From: Candidatus Fermentithermobacillaceae bacterium DTU015
GTDB taxonomy: Bacteria; Bacillota; Sulfobacillia; Fermentithermobacillales; Fermentithermobacillaceae
Reading direction: 5' to 3'
DNA: 64,000 bases
Assembly: GCA_001513185.1 (NCBI GenBank)
Contig: LFST01000046.1
Location: forward strand, 82,161 to 146,160
Every line of letters begins with the position of its first letter. The first letter of the stretch is position 1. This document shows, piece by piece, positions 58,850-64,000 of this stretch. The notes below the pieces were generated by a model. The model worked only from the letters and a program-made list of their open reading frames with translations. It was not told the origin of the DNA and ran no database searches. Made by a program: the position numbers and the translations under genes.

Positions 58850-60361
58850 ATGGAGATACGGGGTATGCCCGCAAGGGATATTTTGAGGTACATATCATCA
58901 GGGGAGGTTTCCGCCGCTGAGGTAGTGGAAACTTACCTTGACGCAATCAGGGAAATAGGCCCTCAAACCAATGCGTTTATCGAAGTGCTGGAGCCTGCGG
59001 CAAGGGCGGATGCATCCAGGATAGACAAGGAGCTGCGGGATGGCGGCTCTCCGGGGATCTTGGCGGGGCTGCCTGTGGCGATCAAGGACAATATTTGCGT
59101 AAAAGGCGCCGGCTGTACCTGTGGTTCTAAGATTTTGGAAAACTGGATCGCCCCCTATGACGCTACCGCGGCAAGACGGCTGCGGGAACAAGGCGCAGTC
59201 ATCATCGGGAAGACCAACATGGATGAGTTTGCCATGGGTTCTTCCACCGAGACCTCGGCCTACGGAGTCACAAGGAACCCCTGGGACTTGAGCCGGGTTC
59301 CAGGCGGCTCAAGCGGGGGATCAGCGGTTGCGGTTGCGGCCGGGATGGCGCCTTTGGCGTTGGGGACTGATACGGGAGGTTCCATCAGGCAGCCTGCAAG
59401 CTTTACCGGAATCTGCGGGCTCAAGCCTACCTACGGGCTGGTGTCCCGGTATGGCGTGACGGCGTATGCCTCGTCTTTGGATACAGTAGGGCCTTTTGGG
59501 GAAGGTGTTTGGGATTGTGCCCTGCTCTTGGAGGTTATCGCCGGGCACGATCCCCTGGATGCCACATCGCACGCCAAGGAGCCTGTGACGTATACCAAGG
59601 CACTCGATGGTAACGTGGCCGGGCTCAGGGTGGGCGTACCGCAGGAATTGCTAAGGGGAGTGTCCGCTCCGGTCAAAGCGGTATTCGAGAGCACCCTCAG
59701 CACTATGGAAGACATGGGTATGATCGTTGAAGAAATGAGCCTGCCTTCGCTAGCCCATGCAGTTGAAGCCTACTATGTGATTGCTGCTGCCGAAGCCTCA
59801 TCCAACCTAGCCAGGTTTGACGGGGTCAGGTTCGGCCGGAGGGCTGACGCCGGCACCCTGGACGAGATGTACACCAGGTCCAGGGGGGAGGGGTTTGGCA
59901 AGGAAGTAATCAAGCGGATCATCTTGGGTACTTTTGTGCTGGATACCGGCAACAAAGACAGGTATTACAGGCGGGCGGCCCAGGTAAGGACCCTCATCAA
60001 AGATGAATTCCAGAAGGCATTTGAAAGGTTTGACCTAATCGTTTCCCCTGCCGCGCCTGATGTGGCGTTCAAGATAGGAGAAAAGATCCAGGATCCCCTG
60101 ACCATGTACCTTGCTGACCTGATTACAATACCTGTCAACATGGCTGGGGTATGTGCCCTTTCCATGCCGATGGGATTCGCAGAGTGTGATGGCGTGAGCC
60201 TACCTTGCGGCTTGCAGATAATCGGCAAGCCCTTTGACGAGCAAACTGTGCTCAGGGCAGGCTACTGTTTGGAGCAAGAAATCGGGGCAGGGATCCGCGA
60301 GAAGGTCCGCCATATGCGGCAAAACCTCGGCCCTGTCAGGGAGTGTGAGTTAGTTGACTGA
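58850..60361 (+). CDS. gatA: Amidotransferase subunit A (amidase signature)
   Basis: GGSSGGSAVAVAAGMAPLALGTDTGGSIRQPA amidase signature. Confidence 0.9.
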   Translation: MEIRGMPARDILRYISSGEVSAAEVVETYLDAIREIGPQTNAFIEVLEPAARADASRIDKELRDGGSPGILAGLPVAIKDNICVKGAGCTCGSKILENWIAPYDATAARRLREQGAVIIGKTNMDEFAMGSSTETSAYGVTRNPWDLSRVPGGSSGGSAVAVAAGMAPLALGTDTGGSIRQPASFTGICGLKPTYGLVSRYGVTAYASSLDTVGPFGEGVWDCALLLEVIAGHDPLDATSHAKEPVTYTKALDGNVAGLRVGVPQELLRGVSAPVKAVFESTLSTMEDMGMIVEEMSLPSLAHAVEAYYVIAAAEASSNLARFDGVRFGRRADAGTLDEMYTRSRGEGFGKEVIKRIILGTFVLDTGNKDRYYRRAAQVRTLIKDEFQKAFERFDLIVSPAAPDVAFKIGEKIQDPLTMYLADLITIPVNMAGVCALSMPMGFAECDGVSLPCGLQIIGKPFDEQTVLRAGYCLEQEIGAGIREKVRHMRQNLGPVRECELVD

Positions 60362-61796
60362 TCGGTATGAAATGACCATTGGGTTGGAAGTCCACGTAGA
60401 GTTGGCTACCGCCACCAAGATGTTCTGCCGGTGTTCATCCCGGTTCGGAGATCCGCCCAATACAAATATATGTCCTGTGTGCCTCGGGATGCCCGGTGCG
60501 TTGCCCCAGGCCAACATGGAAGCGGTGCGGCTGGCTACCAGAGCGGCCCTGGCCCTTAACTGCACCATCAATCCTGTAAGCAGGTTTGACCGCAAGAACT
60601 ACTTCTACCCCGATCTGCCCAAGGGATATCAGATTACCCAGTACTATGAACCTCTTGCCCAGAATGGGCACATCTGGATAGACGACCCGCAGAAGAAGAT
60701 AAGAATAAACAGGGTCCACATTGAAGAAGACGCAGGCAAATCCCTACACGCCGGCGACGAGATCACCACCGCTGAGTACTCGCTCGTGGACTGCAACCGG
60801 GCAGGAGTGCCTTTGATTGAAATTGTCAGCGAACCGGATATGTCATCCCCTGAAGAAGCCAGGCAATACCTGGAGAAGCTCCAGCGGGTGCTCAAATTTG
60901 CCGGGGTTTCTGACGTGAAGATGGAAGAAGGCTCCATGCGGGTTGATTGCAACATTTCGGTGAGGCCGGAAGGCAGCAAAGCGCCCGGGGTAGTCGTGGA
61001 GATGAAGAACCTGAGCTCGTTCAGAGCGGTGGCTAGGGCCCTGGCGTATGAGTTTGAGCGGCAAGTCAAAGTGCTCAGCCAGGGCGGGAAAATAGTACGC
61101 GAGACCAGGCACTGGGATGAAACCGAACAGGTTACCAAGCCATTGCGTTCCAAAGAGTCCAGCGACGACTACAGGTACTTCCCTGACGCTGATTTGCCAA
61201 AGCTGGAGCTAAGCCACAGGTTCATCGAGGAGATCAAGAGGGAAATGCCCAAGCTTCCCGACGAAATTGTGGCCTACTATGTAGATGAACTTGGGCTTCC
61301 AGAGTACGACGCCCAAGTACTTACCCTTGATCCTGCGTTGTCGCAGTTTTTCGATGCCTGCGTTGCCTTGGGCGCCGATCCTAAGACAGCCTCCAACTGG
61401 ATTATGGTGGAACTCCTGGGCTACATGAAGGCAAATAACATACCATATGAAAATATCCCTTTGCGTGCTGAATATCTTGTATCGATGCTCGAACTTATTA
61501 ACGAAGGTGTTATCAGCGGCAAGATTGCCAAAGACGTACTGGTTCTCATGATTGAGACCGGGCAGGATCCGCGTACAATAGTTAAGGGGCGTGGTTTGGA
61601 ACAGATTTCAGATGAGGAGAGCATTGCACGGGTCGTAGACGAGGTTATAGCACAGCACTCATCGGTAGTAGAAGAAATTAAGGCAGGGAAGACTAAAGCC
61701 CTTGGCTTTTTGGTCGGACAGGTTATGAAGCGCACCAAAGGGAAAGCTAACCCGGCCAAGGTCAATACAATATTAAGGGACAAACTACTATCATGA
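60354..61796 (+). CDS. gatB: Amidotransferase subunit B
   Basis: YEMTIGLEVHVEL N-terminus and the GatB/YqeY C-terminal domain. Confidence 0.9.
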   Translation: MTDRYEMTIGLEVHVELATATKMFCRCSSRFGDPPNTNICPVCLGMPGALPQANMEAVRLATRAALALNCTINPVSRFDRKNYFYPDLPKGYQITQYYEPLAQNGHIWIDDPQKKIRINRVHIEEDAGKSLHAGDEITTAEYSLVDCNRAGVPLIEIVSEPDMSSPEEARQYLEKLQRVLKFAGVSDVKMEEGSMRVDCNISVRPEGSKAPGVVVEMKNLSSFRAVARALAYEFERQVKVLSQGGKIVRETRHWDETEQVTKPLRSKESSDDYRYFPDADLPKLELSHRFIEEIKREMPKLPDEIVAYYVDELGLPEYDAQVLTLDPALSQFFDACVALGADPKTASNWIMVELLGYMKANNIPYENIPLRAEYLVSMLELINEGVISGKIAKDVLVLMIETGQDPRTIVKGRGLEQISDEESIARVVDEVIAQHSSVVEEIKAGKTKALGFLVGQVMKRTKGKANPAKVNTILRDKLLS

Positions 61797-61833
61797 TGAG
61801 GGAGCATAGTTTATTGAGAGAGGAGGAGCGGCC

Positions 61834-62802
61834 ATGGGCGGTGGAAGCGCTGATTCCAGGGAGATCTATGAACACATCGCGTCTTCATTGAGCAACTCTC
61901 AGGTGCTATTTTCCGAACCCATGTCAAATCATACGTCTTTCCGGATAGGTGGGCCATGTGACCTCCTCATCATCCCCGGTACCCGTGAAGATGCAATCAA
62001 GGCCTGGGTGATGTGCAAGCAGCTTAAGGTACCCTGCCACACCATTGGAAACGGGACCAATCTGCTGGTGAGAGATGGAGGCGTGCGGGGCTGCGTACTC
62101 AAGTTGGCCTCAGGATACACAGGGATCGAAAGAAACGGCTCCAAAAGCCTCATGGTCAGCTCCGGAACCCTGCTTCAGACGATTGTTGAAGCCAGCGCCG
62201 ACTATGAATTGTCCGGCCTGGAGTTTGCAGTGGGAATCCCAGGGAGTATGGGCGGTGCGGTTACCATGAACGCAGGTGCTTACGGAGGCGATGTAGGTTC
62301 CTTGGTAAGCAGGGTTGAAGTGGCAACGGCCGACGGCACTACTGAATGGATTCCCAGCGATGAGATCGGGTTTGCATACAGGGACTCTTTGTTTTTGCAC
62401 AACGAGGATCTCCTTATCCTCAATGTGGAGATTGAGCTTGAGCCGGGCGACAGGGACAGGATCCGCCAGGTTATGATGGAGCATCTCAAACAAAGGGAAG
62501 CGAAGCAGCCGCTGAATATGCCTTCCGCCGGGAGCGCGTTCAGGCGGCCTCCTGGCAGGTATGTCGGTGCAATGATAGAAGAGCTGGGGCTCAAGGGATT
62601 CTCGTGCGGGGGCGCCATGGTTTCGCCAAAACATGCAGGGTTTATCGTAAACAGCGGCGGCGCCACTGCCAAGGACGTGCTTACCTTGATGGATTTCATA
62701 AAGCGCAAGGTATACGAGAACTACGGGGTTGTGATCGAACCCGAAATCATCGTGATCGGCGAGGATTTGGAACCTGAGGAAGTTTCCAAGGCACAGCAAT
62801 AG
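61834..62802 (+). CDS. murB: UDP-N-acetylenolpyruvoylglucosamine reductase MurB
   Basis: FAD-binding HTSFRIGGP / GNGTNLL and the C-terminal MurB domain (SAGSAFRRP). Confidence 0.85.
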   Translation: MGGGSADSREIYEHIASSLSNSQVLFSEPMSNHTSFRIGGPCDLLIIPGTREDAIKAWVMCKQLKVPCHTIGNGTNLLVRDGGVRGCVLKLASGYTGIERNGSKSLMVSSGTLLQTIVEASADYELSGLEFAVGIPGSMGGAVTMNAGAYGGDVGSLVSRVEVATADGTTEWIPSDEIGFAYRDSLFLHNEDLLILNVEIELEPGDRDRIRQVMMEHLKQREAKQPLNMPSAGSAFRRPPGRYVGAMIEELGLKGFSCGGAMVSPKHAGFIVNSGGATAKDVLTLMDFIKRKVYENYGVVIEPEIIVIGEDLEPEEVSKAQQ

Positions 62803-62876
62803 GGTTTGGCTTGGCGGGTGAACCGCCGGTTAAAGCTTTCCGGTTGAAGCAGGTTCCTTATGTTCAAGTAAACGCA

Positions 62877-62919
62877 AGAGTCGTGAGACAGGTATCAGGC
62901 TCACGACTCTTATTTCTTG
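62877..62919. terminator. Bidirectional terminator (11-bp perfect stem AGAGTCGTGAG/CTCACGACTCT + T-rich tail)
   Basis: Read from the sequence in a convergent intergenic region. Confidence 0.55.
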
Positions 62920-62938
62920 CAAGACCTGGGTATCTTTA

Positions 62939-64000
62939 TCATTCCAAGCTGTAGGTTTTCCTGGTAACCCCGCCCCTTTGGCTCCTGTATTCAACGGTGA
63001 AGCAGGGAGGAGGCGATTGCCCGGGATGCCTGGGAGGTACTTTGATCACCCACGACAGCTGGACCGCTGACTTGGCAGGGCCTTTGGTGCCGCTCATGTA
63101 GCCTTCCAGGAAATCAGTTTCCTGTTGGGCTTTGCCTATTACTTCTACCCCAGGCCCTGGTTTGAGTTCAGCACAGTCTTTCTTAACAACCTTAAGCTGC
63201 ACAGCCTTGTTGGTGATGTTTGTAGGCAGGTATCCCCAGTTTTCAATCACGGCGGTTACCTTCTTCAAGGTGCCGTTCAGGTCACTTACCCTGATATCGG
63301 TAATGTTGACCCAGGGTAAGGCAGAGGCGTGCTGCAGAACCCACAAAGTGGCCTTGCGGCATTCTTCTTCCAGCAGATGAGGCGGCGGGTTCTGGACGCA
63401 GAACTTCCTATCCCAGCCGCCGATTTCAACTTGCCCCAGCTGGGGGTGTTCAAAGGGGGTCCAGTCTGTAAACCCTTTGCCTGAAAGCTCGCGGTCGTTC
63501 CACTCAAGCAGCTTCAGCTGGAGTTCCTCGAACTTATCAGGGAACTTATCCGGGTCTGATTTGTCCCTTACGTCTTCAAGGGATATGCCGGCCCGTTCAT
63601 AGCGGTTCCAGAGTTCTGTGGTGTAGGCGATTATGCCCCTGTGTTCATATGCCCATTCAGTCAAGGTTGAACTGTTGGGCGACTTGACGTCCGGGTACCC
63701 GGTGACCTTGGTGCCCTGGCGGGCAATGGCCTTGGTGGCGATAAGGTCTTGGGAATCCATCTTGCTCTCTTCGTATTTACAGGGGTTTCTGAAAAAGAAG
63801 CCGCCTGCGGTGTGGAGGGCTTGAACTGCGCCGATGTTGGGATGGTCTACTATGAACTGTACTATGGACCGGGTCTCCGGTTCCCTGGCAGGATAATCCC
63901 CGCCGCCCGGTACCCCGGGTTCCCAGTTGGAGGGGAAGTTGCGGTTGAGATCCAAGCCCCATGGTACTTTATGTACTGTGAAAGGTTCACCCTCGTAGTC
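62939..64000 (-). CDS. M14-family zinc carboxypeptidase (partial; N-terminus beyond window end)
   Basis: DLNRNF motif typical of the M14 catalytic domain. The reading frame is open to the window edge. Confidence 0.6.
   Translation of the reverse strand, partial: DYEGEPFTVHKVPWGLDLNRNFPSNWEPGVPGGGDYPAREPETRSIVQFIVDHPNIGAVQALHTAGGFFFRNPCKYEESKMDSQDLIATKAIARQGTKVTGYPDVKSPNSSTLTEWAYEHRGIIAYTTELWNRYERAGISLEDVRDKSDPDKFPDKFEELQLKLLEWNDRELSGKGFTDWTPFEHPQLGQVEIGGWDRKFCVQNPPPHLLEEECRKATLWVLQHASALPWVNITDIRVSDLNGTLKKVTAVIENWGYLPTNITNKAVQLKVVKKDCAELKPGPGVEVIGKAQQETDFLEGYMSGTKGPAKSAVQLSWVIKVPPRHPGQSPPPCFTVEYRSQRGGVTRKTYSLE

Overview
The window reads as a core chromosomal stretch of a moderately GC-rich, probably thermophilic, spore-forming Firmicutes/Clostridia-type anaerobe. 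Gene density is high, many start/stop codons overlap and most genes are on the + strand.

Housekeeping blocks recognised:
- cdaA(3' part)-cdaR-glmM
- acpS-nnr-mazE-mazF
- tsaE-tsaB-rimI ... tsaD, with a radical SAM/PDZ gene coupled to tsaD
- iscR-iscS-iscU on the minus strand
- rpoN
- rnfC-D-E-A-B plus apbE
- maf-radC-mreBCD-mrdA-minCDE-rodA
- pcrA-ligA-gatCAB-murB

The window also holds many peptidase genes: C69, C26, S58, three tandem M42 and a partial M14.

The region I consider most likely to be an undescribed system is 9.4-17.1 kb. It carries a tandemly duplicated two-gene module with no identifiable substrate enzyme nearby. Each copy pairs an ASKHA-fold ATPase of about 630 aa, related to EutA/GlmL(MutL) B12-enzyme reactivases, with a protein carrying RnfC_N/lipoyl-like barrel-sandwich hybrid motifs and a KOW-like C-terminus. 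The two copies are separated by a small charged hydrophobic protein and preceded by a small membrane protein.

Other points worth a second look:
- an XPB/RAD25-type helicase translationally coupled to a large partner protein
- a fusion of an HprK/RapZ-like P-loop domain with an Asp23 domain that overlaps the start region of rpoN's upstream neighbour
- an rnf operon with no rnfG although apbE is adjacent
- conserved N-termini of IscR and RodA that lie upstream of any canonical start codon

No rRNA, tRNA, CRISPR array or obvious mobile element was found. All calls come from reading the ORF translations and the intergenic sequence by eye; no database search was possible.
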